A DNA stretch of 64,000 nucleotides from Desulfobacteraceae bacterium (GCA_020633955.1 JACKCP010000011.1:24027-88026), one strand, 5' to 3'. Shown: positions 11,339-20,730, counted from the stretch's first letter. The notes: generated from the sequence alone by a model not told the origin. Translations and numbers: made by a program.

Positions 11339-12376
11339 TTATACAGCCTGCGGGGGTACCATCAGCCCTTTTGCCTCATCTAGACCAAACATAAGGTTCA
11401 TATTCTGTATTGCCTGACCAGAGGCACCTTTTACAAGATTATCAATAACGGATACGATAATAAGACGCTTTGAACCATTATCGTATTTTATGCCGATATC
11501 GCAAAAATTTGTACCCGAAACATTTTTTATATTAGGGAATTCTCCTTCGCCCAAAACTCTCACAAACCTTGAGTTCTTGTAATAATCACATAAAATATTC
11601 CTCAGTTCTGACTCAGAGGTATCTGTTGATGTTCTCATGTAAATTGTAGCGAGCATCCCTCTTACAGCCGGGATAAGGTGTGGGGTAAAACATACTCCAG
11701 CTTTTTGATCTGCTATCTCCTCAATCTTTTCCTCAATTTCTGGCCTGTGTCTGTGTGCCATCACCTTATAGGCTTTAAAACCCTCGTCTACCGAGCAAAA
11801 ATGAGTACCTTCCGAAAGCCCTCTACCAGCTCCGCTAACCCCTGACTTGGCATCAATAATAATATCATCACAATTGACTTTTTTATGTTTAATAAACGGT
11901 ATAATACCAAGGAGGCTGCATGTTGGATAGCAGCCTGGGTTGCCAACAAGGGAAGCATTTCTTATCAAATGAGAATTAACTTCGCAAAGGCCGTAAACCG
12001 ACTTTTCAAGATATTCAGCTGCTTTATGCTCACAGTAATAATCTTCATAGGATTTAATTGACCTGAACCTGAAATCAGCTGAAAGGTCAACAACCTTTAT
12101 TTTATTTTCAATTAGCCCCGGAATTATTTCCATTGGAATTTTGTGAGGAAGAGCTGTAAACACAACATCGCACCTGTTTTGAGCCTTTTTCAGGTCAAAC
12201 TCTTCTATTTCAATATCAGCAATTGTTCTTAAAGCAGGATAAATGTCTGAAAAAATTTGTCCGGCATACTGGCGTGAAGTAATATATGTAAGCTCTGCCT
12301 CGGGGTGAAAGCTTAAAAGACGTACAAGTTCAGCTCCTGTATAGCCTGTTCCTCCTATAATGCCTGCCCTTATCAT
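11339..12376 (-). CDS. argC: N-acetyl-gamma-glutamyl-phosphate reductase
   Basis: 345 aa. It has GGTGYTGAELVRLL at the N-terminus, catalytic-Cys context GNPGCYPT, and VIDNLVKGASGQA. Confidence 0.93.
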   Translation of the reverse strand: MIRAGIIGGTGYTGAELVRLLSFHPEAELTYITSRQYAGQIFSDIYPALRTIADIEIEEFDLKKAQNRCDVVFTALPHKIPMEIIPGLIENKIKVVDLSADFRFRSIKSYEDYYCEHKAAEYLEKSVYGLCEVNSHLIRNASLVGNPGCYPTCSLLGIIPFIKHKKVNCDDIIIDAKSGVSGAGRGLSEGTHFCSVDEGFKAYKVMAHRHRPEIEEKIEEIADQKAGVCFTPHLIPAVRGMLATIYMRTSTDTSESELRNILCDYYKNSRFVRVLGEGEFPNIKNVSGTNFCDIGIKYDNGSKRLIIVSVIDNLVKGASGQAIQNMNLMFGLDEAKGLMVPPQAV

Positions 12377-12772
12377 TAAAATATCTCCAAATTTTATAAT
12401 TTATAATTAATAAATTTTCCTATAACAAAAAAAAAGGAATCTAAACAGATTTTATTTAATCTGCTTATCAACAAAGGTAGGTGTTAGCACATTTCTGTCC
12501 TGTGCTCAAAATTTAATCAGAAAAGATGAGATCTTCACTACTGAGTTAAATTGGATCATGCATAGCAAAGCAAAACACTTAAGTCTTTTGAAAGTTTAAT
12601 TTTGCACAAGCAAATTTAACCCTGATATCTTAACGATAAAAACAATATTTTCCTTTTTAATATAATTATCCAAAATAATTATGGATTTAGATACAGTTTA
12701 TTTATAATAATTATTAAATCCTACTGCTTATTTATTAAAAAAAATTTTTTGTGCAGTGCAATAAAAAACATC

Positions 12773-12800
12773 TTGACATACTCTTTTTTTTTATTACAAT
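12773..12800 (+). promoter_or_regulatory. candidate sigma-70 promoter for the phasin-like gene
   Basis: TTGACA (12773-12778), a 16-nt spacer, then TACAAT (12795-12800). It lies about 75 nt upstream of the ATG at 12875, which has a TAAGGAGAGG RBS. Confidence 0.45.
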
Positions 12801-12874
12801 TTATTCATAAGTTTTAATCTAGATTCTCACAAAAAAAACTATATCAAATCCAATCAAATCTAAGGAGAGGTAAA

Positions 12875-13183
12875 ATGAAAACAATGGAACCAACAAAAAT
12901 GATGCAGCAGATGATAGACTTTCAGAAAACTGCATTTGAAAACAGCTATAATGCAATGATTATGATGCAGTCACAAACTGAAAAAATGGCTGAGTCGCTT
13001 TTGTCCAAAAATTCCATCCTTCCTGAAGAAGGACAGAAAATGATAAACGAATGGATTCTTGCATTTAAAAAAGGCCGTGATGATTTCAAAAAATCAGTTG
13101 ACGAAAATTTTGCTAAAATGGAAGAATATTTTAATTCAGCATTAAAGGCAACTAAATCAACTGCAAAAAACGATTCCAAGTAA
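12875..13183 (+). CDS. small all-helical protein, phasin-like (tentative)
   Basis: 102-aa ORF with strong RBS AAGGAGAGG, its own near-consensus promoter and its own terminator. It is a paralogue of the next ORF. The phasin assignment rests only on composition and pattern recollection. Confidence 0.6.
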   Translation: MKTMEPTKMMQQMIDFQKTAFENSYNAMIMMQSQTEKMAESLLSKNSILPEEGQKMINEWILAFKKGRDDFKKSVDENFAKMEEYFNSALKATKSTAKNDSK

Positions 13184-13193
13184 TCTTTTTTTC

Positions 13194-13224
13194 ATGAGTC
13201 CGGGCATCGGACTCATTTTTTTTA
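13194..13224 (+). terminator. rho-independent terminator
   Basis: atgagtccg-ggcat-cggactcat forms a 9-bp perfect stem followed by an 8-nt T-run, 11 nt after the stop at 13183. Confidence 0.65.
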
Positions 13225-13254
13225 TTATAACAATATGAATTACAGGTGAATTTC

Positions 13255-13524
13255 ATGAATCAGACCGAAATGCTAAAAAATATTCTAGGCTGGTATACAA
13301 ATTCTTTTGAGAATACAGTCAATGTAATAAATCTTTATCAGGAGCAGGCAGAAAACCTGACCAAAGCCTTTATAACAAACTCCAATCTACCTGAGGATTC
13401 AAAAAAAGTTATTGAAGAATGGTTTGAATTTATGCGTCAAAGCCAGTCGGACTTTAAAGAATCTATGGAAACCGGATTAAAGCAGCTAGAAACATATCTT
13501 GTATCTCTTGTCCCAGGCGACTAA
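13255..13524 (+). CDS. small all-helical protein, paralogue of 12875-13183
   Basis: I placed the start at ATG 13255 (AGGTGA RBS 5 nt upstream) rather than GTG 13246. It shares these blocks with the previous ORF: FEN, Q-Q-E, SxLPE, KxIxEW, DFKxS. Confidence 0.6.
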   Translation: MNQTEMLKNILGWYTNSFENTVNVINLYQEQAENLTKAFITNSNLPEDSKKVIEEWFEFMRQSQSDFKESMETGLKQLETYLVSLVPGD

Positions 13525-13544
13525 ATTCATTAAAGAGGTTTACC

Positions 13545-14048
13545 ATGAGTCAAAAAAATAAATTCAGCGATCTATTCTCGGGCTTTAATTTTGTTATGCC
13601 TCAAAATGCCCAGTTATTTCCTGTTTCAGATTTCAATGAAGTATTCAACTCAGGAATGAAGCTGTTTGAAGAAGCATCTCAAATATCGAAAAATTTTATG
13701 TTCAAGGGCTTTGAAAGTGCAAATATGTTTTCATTCCTTGAAAACTCTGCAGAAATAATGACTTCGTCCTATTCAGGATATCTTGAAATGTTTGGATTTA
13801 TTTCCAAAGAAGCCTATGATCAGCTTGTTGAAAAATACAATACGATCCAGGACGAAATAAATAAGCAAAAAAAACAGATTTCACAAAAAGATTCCAAAAT
13901 TAAAGATCAGGAAAAGAAACTCAAGGCTGTTGAAAAAGACATTAAAGATTTTGAAAATAAAATAAAAGATCTTGAAAATGAACTGGCAGCTGAAAAAATA
14001 AATAAATCAGCTGCTCCAGCAATAAAAAACGACACGCCAAAACAATAG
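13545..14048 (+). CDS. hypothetical protein with C-terminal Lys/Glu-rich coiled coil
   Basis: 167-aa ORF with AAGAGG RBS, 20 nt after the previous stop. The F/M-rich N-terminal half is followed by the heptad-like KQISQKDSKIKDQEKKLKAVEKDIKDFENKIKDLENELAAEK. Confidence 0.6.
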   Translation: MSQKNKFSDLFSGFNFVMPQNAQLFPVSDFNEVFNSGMKLFEEASQISKNFMFKGFESANMFSFLENSAEIMTSSYSGYLEMFGFISKEAYDQLVEKYNTIQDEINKQKKQISQKDSKIKDQEKKLKAVEKDIKDFENKIKDLENELAAEKINKSAAPAIKNDTPKQ

Positions 14049-14057
14049 GTATTTATC

Positions 14058-14097
14058 AAATGGAGAGATGCTTCTTTAAATAAGGCATTCTCCATTT
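14058..14097. terminator. long imperfect hairpin between convergent genes
   Basis: aaatggaga...tctccattt forms a 9-bp outer stem, plus an atgc/gcat inner stem. The T-run is weak. Confidence 0.35.
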
Positions 14098-14226
14098 ATT
14101 TTATAGTTTGAACGAAAATCCACTTTTTTGCGCATTTAAGTCTGCGGTGAAAATTTGCAGTTAAACAAAAAATGCTGGTTGAAACGGTCACGCCTTAAAA
14201 CTCAGCCGAAATGTTACCAGCAATTT

Positions 14227-14715
14227 TTAAGCCATGCAGCATTTTTTATATTTTTTGCCGCTTCCGCATGGACATGGTTCATTGCGGCCGATTTTTTTAT
14301 CTTCACGTACATAAGTTTCAGGACTTACAGGCTCTCCATCAAAAAAATACCACATTCCTTCATTCTTTTTAAAATAGGCCATTTCATGATGAGTTATATT
14401 TTGAAGCTTTTGCCTGTATCTTACTTTAAACTCTATAAAGCCTTCATCATCTTCCTTCTGCCCTTTTTTAATTCCAATTATTTCAAAACTCAGCCATGTT
14501 GATTCATCAGCCCATTTTTTTGTTGCCTTTGAATCGTGCTGCTCCTTCTGCTCTGGATGGATAGTTTCATAAATATAATCCAGCTCACCCATTGTATACG
14601 CAGTATACCTGGCTCTTAAAAGAGCCTCGCAGGTTTCAGGCTGAACATTTCCTTTTATATAGGGTTCACAACACTGCGAATAATCAAGGCCGCTGCCGCA
14701 TGAACAATTTGCCAT
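14227..14715 (-). CDS. ychJ: YchJ family protein with N- and C-terminal SEC-C motifs
   Basis: 162 aa. It has [16 protein letters not shown] at the N-terminus and [20 protein letters not shown] at the C-terminus. Collinear with E. coli YchJ by eye. Confidence 0.85.
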   Translation of the reverse strand: MANCSCGSGLDYSQCCEPYIKGNVQPETCEALLRARYTAYTMGELDYIYETIHPEQKEQHDSKATKKWADESTWLSFEIIGIKKGQKEDDEGFIEFKVRYRQKLQNITHHEMAYFKKNEGMWYFFDGEPVSPETYVREDKKIGRNEPCPCGSGKKYKKCCMA

Positions 14716-14881
14716 TTTCTTTTATTCTCCTGATAATTATCATTATTATTCTTATCTGAACTAAACGCTGAAAAATTGCTGAACAAAAACTGAATTTTGG
14801 CCATTCCAGCGTCAGATTCAAATTTTAATATTCAAAAAAAGCCATGCATTCTTAAGGTTAAATAGTTCATATTGCTAAAAT

Positions 14882-14913
14882 AAACAAAAAATTACAGTTT
14901 TCAGACAGTCACT
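14882..14913 (+). repeat. copy of the ~35-nt intergenic repeat family (see findings)
   Basis: aaacaaaaaattacagttttcagacagtcact. Its reverse complement AGTGACTGTCTGAAAACTGTAATTTTTTGTTT aligns with the copies at 17410, 17502 and 45503. Confidence 0.5.
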
Positions 14914-14979
14914 AAATATTTTTAATACATGCTCTAAAGTCTTTTCCAAAGAACCTGATGATCTAATCAACACGAGATT

Positions 14980-15933
14980 CTATAAGTCAAAAGGTGTAAG
15001 ACTCTCATAGCCATTTTCAGTTACTACTATGGTCTGCTCAAACTGGGCAGAAAGTGAACGATCCCTTGTTATGGCAGTCCATCCATCATCCAGAATTTCA
15101 ACATCCTTTTTTCCCAGGTTAAGCATAGGTTCAATCGTAAAAGTCATATTCTCAACAAGGGGAACTCCAAAACCCCTTCTCCCAAAGTGGAGAACCTGAG
15201 GAGGTTCATGGAACTCAATTCCCACTCCATGACCAACAAATTCCCTTACAACAGAACATCCCTGCTGTTCTGCAAAAGACTGGATTGCATAACCAATATC
15301 ACCTATTGTAGCTCCAGGTGCAACTACCTCAAGCCCTCTTTTCAGAGCTTCCCTGCAGTTAAAAACTAGTTTTTTTGCATCCTCAGATGGTGTTCCTGCA
15401 AAGTAAGTATAGTTTGCATCGGCATAAAATCCGTTAAGAATTGTTGTTATATCAACATTTACAATATCACCGTCTTTTATGACCCTGGGCCCTGGAATTC
15501 CATGACAGATTACTTCATTTATAGAAACACAGACACTTTTTGGATATCCTCTGTAGTTCAATGGCGCCGGGATTCCACCATTTTTTAAGGTAAATTCATG
15601 AACAAGAGTGTTAATTTCATCTGTAGTTATTCCAGGTCTTATAATTTTTTCAACCTCTTTATGGGTTTCCATTACAAGAATACCTGATTTCCGTATACCC
15701 TCAATTTCTTCTGGAGTTTTGATCCTGATGCCATATTTTTTTAAGTAATATGATTTGATATCTGTTTTTGGATTTACAGTTTTCATGCAGCACTTCTTAT
15801 ATTTTAGACCGCTGCCGCAGGGGCATGGATCGTTTCTTCCTATCTTCCTGTTATCTTCTTTTTTTGACAAAACCAATATCTTTCTTTTTTTTTTATTATC
15901 TGTTATTTTCTTAGTTCTTGAAAATATCCCCAT
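14980..15933 (-). CDS. map: type I methionine aminopeptidase with N-terminal SEC-C motif extension
   Basis: 317 aa. [18 protein letters not shown] lies near the N-terminus. It is followed by a MetAP-I core with metal ligands in [25 protein letters not shown] and QFEQT. Confidence 0.92.
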   Translation of the reverse strand: MGIFSRTKKITDNKKKRKILVLSKKEDNRKIGRNDPCPCGSGLKYKKCCMKTVNPKTDIKSYYLKKYGIRIKTPEEIEGIRKSGILVMETHKEVEKIIRPGITTDEINTLVHEFTLKNGGIPAPLNYRGYPKSVCVSINEVICHGIPGPRVIKDGDIVNVDITTILNGFYADANYTYFAGTPSEDAKKLVFNCREALKRGLEVVAPGATIGDIGYAIQSFAEQQGCSVVREFVGHGVGIEFHEPPQVLHFGRRGFGVPLVENMTFTIEPMLNLGKKDVEILDDGWTAITRDRSLSAQFEQTIVVTENGYESLTPFDL

Positions 15934-15979
15934 ATAATTTTCAAGTCAATCAAATATAACAAAATAATATGGAGGTAAC

Positions 15980-16498
15980 ATGGAACTTACAGGTAAAAAA
16001 AGTGTAATTTTTGTTGAAGAGCAGTTCAATGACCAGGAATTCTGGTATCCATATTACAGACTTCTTGAGGCAGGATCTGACGTGGTGATATGTGGAAGCG
16101 GGAGAACATCTGTTTTTACCGGCAAAGCAGGCACACAGACAAAAGCAGATACAGACGCCTCATCCCTTAATGCAGATGACTATGATATTCTTATAATCCC
16201 TGGAGGGTTTGCACCGGATTTCATGAGACGTAATTCTGATATGGTCAATTTTGTTCATGAAATGAACAGCAAAAACAAAATCATTGCCTCAATCTGCCAT
16301 GGAGGATGGATGCTTGTCTCTGCAAAAATTTTAAATGGAAGAAATGCAACTTCTTTCTTTGCAATCAAAGACGATATGATTAATGCGGGTGCAAACTGGA
16401 TCGATCAAGAAGTTGTTGAAGACAATAATCTGATAACCAGCAGAACTCCTGATGATCTTCCGGCCTTTATGAGAAAAATACTTGGCAAGTTTAAATAA
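15980..16498 (+). CDS. DJ-1/PfpI family protein
   Basis: 172 aa with GGAGG RBS. Shows the nucleophile elbow IASICHGGWML and the LIIPGG block. Confidence 0.85.
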   Translation: MELTGKKSVIFVEEQFNDQEFWYPYYRLLEAGSDVVICGSGRTSVFTGKAGTQTKADTDASSLNADDYDILIIPGGFAPDFMRRNSDMVNFVHEMNSKNKIIASICHGGWMLVSAKILNGRNATSFFAIKDDMINAGANWIDQEVVEDNNLITSRTPDDLPAFMRKILGKFK

Positions 16499-16504
16499 AC
16501 TGAA

Positions 16505-16927
16505 ATGGCAATGAATTATCCTGAGCACAGATTAAATTTCCGGCCTCCTTTAAGTTATATAGATATAGGTAAGGTGATCTATAACTCAAGATATCTCGAC
16601 ATATATAATTATGCACGTGATGAGTACATGAGGAGCATTGGATACCCATATACAAAACTTAACATGGAAGACGACAAACACCTTGCTGTAGTTGAAGCAA
16701 ATATTAAATACAGAAAACCTGTTCATTACGATGAAGAAACAGTTATTGTTTCAAAAATTGAAAAAATAAGCTCCAGAACTATTTTGTTTCATCAATTAAT
16801 GTATAAAAATAATATGAGCCTGTTATGCAATGAGGCAAAATTTGTAATGGTGTGTATTGACAATTCATTCAAGGCATCATCAGTTCCGGAAGGTTTAAAA
16901 AAGGCATTTGAGAATGGCCCCCTGTGA
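16505..16927 (+). CDS. hotdog-fold acyl-CoA thioesterase (YbgC/4HBT-like)
   Basis: 140 aa. The N-terminal YIDIGKVIYNSRYLDIY matches the D-x-x-G-x-V-x-N-x-x-Y pattern of 4HBT-II thioesterases. Confidence 0.65.
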   Translation: MAMNYPEHRLNFRPPLSYIDIGKVIYNSRYLDIYNYARDEYMRSIGYPYTKLNMEDDKHLAVVEANIKYRKPVHYDEETVIVSKIEKISSRTILFHQLMYKNNMSLLCNEAKFVMVCIDNSFKASSVPEGLKKAFENGPL

Positions 16928-17411
16928 TTTTAATAATCAGATTATTATTGGTGTAATGGGAGGTGGTACAGCCTCTTCTTCAGACCTTGAAATGGCATAT
17001 GAAATTGGGACATATATAGCAGAAAACAATTATATTCTTTTAAACGGTGGAAGAAACAAGGGAATAATGGAAGCATCGGCAAAAGGTGCTTTTGAATCTG
17101 GAGGCATTACAATCGGTATTCTTCCCGGCACCAGCCTTGATGAAACCTCAGATTATATAAAAATTCCAATACTGACAGGAATTGGAAATGCAAGAAATCA
17201 GATAAATATTCTTTCAAGCCATATAGTAGTAACATTTAAAGGGGGCCCCGGCACTGTTTCGGAAGTAGCATTTGCTTTAAAGTTTGGAAGAAAAATTATT
17301 TTAATTGATTTTTACCCAGGAATATTCATTGACCAATACATCAACAAAACTGTTTTTCTGGTAAAGAATCCAAAAGAAGCCATTGATAAAATTAAGGAAA
17401 TATTAAAATAG
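16908..17411 (+). CDS. TIGR00725/LOG-like Rossmann-fold protein
   Basis: 167 aa. Shows IGVMGGG, LLNGGRNKGIMEASAKGA, GGITIGILP and GGPGTVSE blocks. It overlaps the previous ORF by 20 nt, so the start is uncertain. Confidence 0.7.
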   Translation: MRMAPCDFNNQIIIGVMGGGTASSSDLEMAYEIGTYIAENNYILLNGGRNKGIMEASAKGAFESGGITIGILPGTSLDETSDYIKIPILTGIGNARNQINILSSHIVVTFKGGPGTVSEVAFALKFGRKIILIDFYPGIFIDQYINKTVFLVKNPKEAIDKIKEILK

Positions 17412-17535
17412 TCATTAAACCAAAACTAGTATTTTTGTTCAAAGTTTCACAACTATTCTACACAGTAGAATATTGAATTTTCAGGAAGGGATTAAATAGC
17501 TGCTGAACAAAAAATTCTAGTTTTCGGCCAATCAC
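17410..17535. repeat. 126-bp MITE-like element: two ~34-nt inverted copies of the intergenic repeat flanking ~58 nt
   Basis: The left arm is AGTCATTAAACCAAAACTAGTATTTTTGTTCAAA. The reverse complement of the right arm is AGTGATTGGCCGAAAACTAGAATTTTTTGTTCAGC. These share about 26/34 identity by eye. The element fills the gap between two convergent genes. Confidence 0.55.
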
Positions 17536-17557
17536 TTAATAGGATTTTAAAAAAAAT

Positions 17558-18235
17558 TTAAAATAGTTTTTTTGCAAACTCAAGGTCTGAAGGTGTGGTT
17601 ATTTTAATATTTTCCCTGCTTCCCTCAACCATTTTAACCTGAAATCCAAAATTTTCCATAAGAGCTGAATCATCTGTAACATCCAGACCGTCTTCAAGAG
17701 CCCATTCATGCACCTTTTTTAATATTGAAGTTTTAAATCCTTGAGGAGTCTGGGCCAGATATAGATTCTCCCTTGAAATAGTTTTGTTAACTATTTTACC
17801 AGGGTCAGTTTTTTTTATGGTTTCAACAACAGGAATTCCAAGAATAACACCGTCATAAAGGTCAAGTCCATTAATCACAGAGATGATTTCATCTTTTTTT
17901 ACAAAAGGCCTCACTCCATCATGAATAAGAACTTTGGAGGATTTTGAGTCAACTTGATCTAGGCCGTTTCTGACTGAATCCTGTCTTTGTTTTCCCCCGG
18001 ATACCAGTTTAAATGATTTTTTTAAATTTAGAACCTTAATCTGATCACAGCAAAATTCTATTAAATTTTCTGGAACAACTATTAAAACCTCATCTATTTC
18101 TTCAACAGAATCAAAAACCAGTGCGGTATGAAATAAAATAGGCAGACCATCAATGGAAAGGAACTGCTTTGGGATATCTGAACCCATTCTAAGTCCTTTT
18201 CCTCCGCCAACAATAACAGCACTTGTAAAACACAT
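17558..18235 (-). CDS. ispD: 2-C-methyl-D-erythritol 4-phosphate cytidylyltransferase
   Basis: 225 aa. Shows AVIVGGGKGLRMGSDIPKQF, VLIHDGVRPF and AQTPQGF blocks. Confidence 0.9.
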   Translation of the reverse strand: MCFTSAVIVGGGKGLRMGSDIPKQFLSIDGLPILFHTALVFDSVEEIDEVLIVVPENLIEFCCDQIKVLNLKKSFKLVSGGKQRQDSVRNGLDQVDSKSSKVLIHDGVRPFVKKDEIISVINGLDLYDGVILGIPVVETIKKTDPGKIVNKTISRENLYLAQTPQGFKTSILKKVHEWALEDGLDVTDDSALMENFGFQVKMVEGSRENIKITTPSDLEFAKKLF

Positions 18236-18237
18236 GG

Positions 18238-19551
18238 TTATTCCCTTAAATACTCAAGCTCTTTTGGCAGAGGAACCCCCTTGCCCATGGAATCTTCGCC
18301 ATAATTAACGCCCGCAAGTATTTCAAGGTCGCTCAAGGCTCTTATATCTCCGACAAAGGTAACATTTTTAATATTTTCCTTTTGAATTTTTCCACCTGCC
18401 CACTGTATATCCAGAACACTGCTTGCATCAAATTTTGAATCCCCCACATGCAGCTCAACCTCACCTCCATAATGCTGAACCACCTTGGCTACCATGAGAC
18501 TTGGCCTGCTGTGAAAACCAAGCTTCTGAGGGATTCCAACAGTTATTTTCCCTCTCTCCATATTTGCATTTAAAAGGGTCTCCGCAATATCTTTTCCAGC
18601 AGAAAGAAAATAATTGGCATAATATAATGCGTAATTTATTGTTCTGTCTAAAAGGAATTTTTTATCTACAATAATTGACAGCTGCTCCATTACTTTTTTA
18701 TATGTGTCTTTATAGCCTCTGTCCTGGAGATGACGTTCATAGTAATGCAGAAGTCTTTCCATTATCTGGAGAAGATGGAGACAAACAGAAATATGAGCTC
18801 TAAGCCTGATTATATCTCCACTGTCTCCTTTATAGCCTCCATGTGCTACATAGGAATCATATGAAGACTGGAGATTATGAACCAGAATATTATATCTGCT
18901 GATTTCAGCCTCACTTACCTTTTCAGGAATGAGTTTTAAAATATCTTCAATTGTATAAGGAGCATAAAAACCAAAAAGCTGATCAAATTTATCAGCAACA
19001 GAAAGGTATTCAGAAGTAATTTTTGCAATATACTTACAATGAATTTCAGGTCTTTCATGCTCATCTATATCAGCTGGAAGCATTTCTGAAGTAACCACAC
19101 CCGGAAAATCAGAGGGATCAAAATATTCCAATGGAACAGGAATATTCAATAATCCTGCCTCATCTAAAATAACAGGAGCAATCCTTTTCAAAATTGTATT
19201 GAAATAATCCAGAGTATATGAAGCCTGTGCAGGGAAGGCATCTATATCTCTCAGCTTGTAGTATCCCAGCCTGTTTATTATATGCTGCTGGACATAGGCC
19301 GCAAGACTGATATGCCTTATTGTTGCTGTGAGTTCTCTGTAGTAAAACCACTGCCTGTTGCTTTTTGCTCCATGAAAATCCAGAAGATCCTCAAGCAGCT
19401 GAGAAGTAGCAATGAGTTTTGAGTAAAGTCTTTTGGTAAAAAAAATATCAGGTTCTTTATATTTGCTGATATAAAGACAGCATTTAAGAAAATCTTCAGA
19501 GTAAATCCGGACCTTTTCTTCAAATGTTATTTTGCAATACTTCTGATCCAA
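18238..19551 (-). CDS. fusion protein: uncharacterised ~330-aa helical N-terminal domain + C-terminal HPr-like phosphocarrier domain
   Basis: 437-aa ORF with TTG start. The last ~100 aa are ITVGIPQKLGFHSRPSLMVAKVV...GDSKFDASSVLDIQWAGG. This reproduces the HPr G-(L/F)-H-(A/S)-R-P active-site loop and the Ser46-region pattern. Confidence 0.75.
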   Translation of the reverse strand: MDQKYCKITFEEKVRIYSEDFLKCCLYISKYKEPDIFFTKRLYSKLIATSQLLEDLLDFHGAKSNRQWFYYRELTATIRHISLAAYVQQHIINRLGYYKLRDIDAFPAQASYTLDYFNTILKRIAPVILDEAGLLNIPVPLEYFDPSDFPGVVTSEMLPADIDEHERPEIHCKYIAKITSEYLSVADKFDQLFGFYAPYTIEDILKLIPEKVSEAEISRYNILVHNLQSSYDSYVAHGGYKGDSGDIIRLRAHISVCLHLLQIMERLLHYYERHLQDRGYKDTYKKVMEQLSIIVDKKFLLDRTINYALYYANYFLSAGKDIAETLLNANMERGKITVGIPQKLGFHSRPSLMVAKVVQHYGGEVELHVGDSKFDASSVLDIQWAGGKIQKENIKNVTFVGDIRALSDLEILAGVNYGEDSMGKGVPLPKELEYLRE

Positions 19552-19585
19552 AATCTTTTCCTAATTCCTTCAATTATTGATGAGG

Positions 19586-19942
<357 letters not shown>

Positions 19943-19983
19943 GCCGATTTCATATAACCAGAATATCTAAAAAATATCAAGGA

Positions 19984-20712
19984 TCATATTGGCCTGTCTT
20001 CTTCAAGATAAACAATTCTATGACATCTTGGACAATAAATAAGTTCGTTTGCCTTTTTAATTTCAATCAAAACCTGAGGAGGAATTCTTAAAAAACATCC
20101 GTTGCACACCTGATTTGAAACAGGGACTATTGCTACTCCACCAGATTTTTTCAGCGTATCATAATAAATTTCTTTAATTTTTGGATCAAGATTTTCAGAT
20201 ATTTCATTTTTTTTGGATATTAATTCCGTCTTTTCCCTTGCTTCGTTTTCAGCCTTTTTAAGAACCTCTTCCTTTTGTGACTCGGTCAATGATTTCAGCT
20301 GAAGAATTGAAGCTTCCTTATCCCTGATAACAGAATCAAACTCTTCAATTTCCTCAAGAAGAGTTAACAGGCTTTCCTGAATTTCATCATTTAATTTTCT
20401 TGTTTCATCAACTTCACGCTGAAGAGCTCTGTAGTCCTTTGGATTTGCCAGCTTTTTCAGATGCTGTTCATATTTTTCTATTCTCTGATTATTTGATTCA
20501 AAATCCGACTCGTACATACCATACATTTTCTTTTTTTCCAGACGGGATTCCTTTAAACCATCAAGTTTTTTTTCCTCATCCAAAAAATTTTGCTCCAGGA
20601 CAGTGATTTCACCGTCAACTTTTTCAAGAACCTTTTCAAGCTCAATTATTTTTTTGTCATAAGTCTGGAGCTTAATCATAAGTTCTCGCTGTTCAAGGAC
20701 TTTGTTATTCAT
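19984..20712 (-). CDS. coiled-coil protein with C-terminal C4 zinc ribbon (COG1579/DUF164-like)
   Basis: 242 aa. A long coiled coil is followed by VCNGCFLRIPPQ...YCPRCHRIVY. It lies downstream of nif3, as in many bacteria. Confidence 0.8.
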   Translation of the reverse strand: MNNKVLEQRELMIKLQTYDKKIIELEKVLEKVDGEITVLEQNFLDEEKKLDGLKESRLEKKKMYGMYESDFESNNQRIEKYEQHLKKLANPKDYRALQREVDETRKLNDEIQESLLTLLEEIEEFDSVIRDKEASILQLKSLTESQKEEVLKKAENEAREKTELISKKNEISENLDPKIKEIYYDTLKKSGGVAIVPVSNQVCNGCFLRIPPQVLIEIKKANELIYCPRCHRIVYLEEDRPI

Positions 20713-20730
20713 AAATCAACCCTTACGATA

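Noticed and set aside
14155-14502. 115-aa plus-strand ORF rich in Phe/Ile
   Set aside because: It is a shadow of the ychJ coding region and has no RBS.
17502-17535. Reading the repeat consensus as a LexA box (CTGAAC-type), a sigma-28 promoter (TAAA-N15-GCCGATAA) or a sigma-70 promoter
   Set aside because: Lengths and spacings are off by 1-2 nt and the matches are partial. Several copies sit between convergent genes, where a promoter or operator makes no sense.
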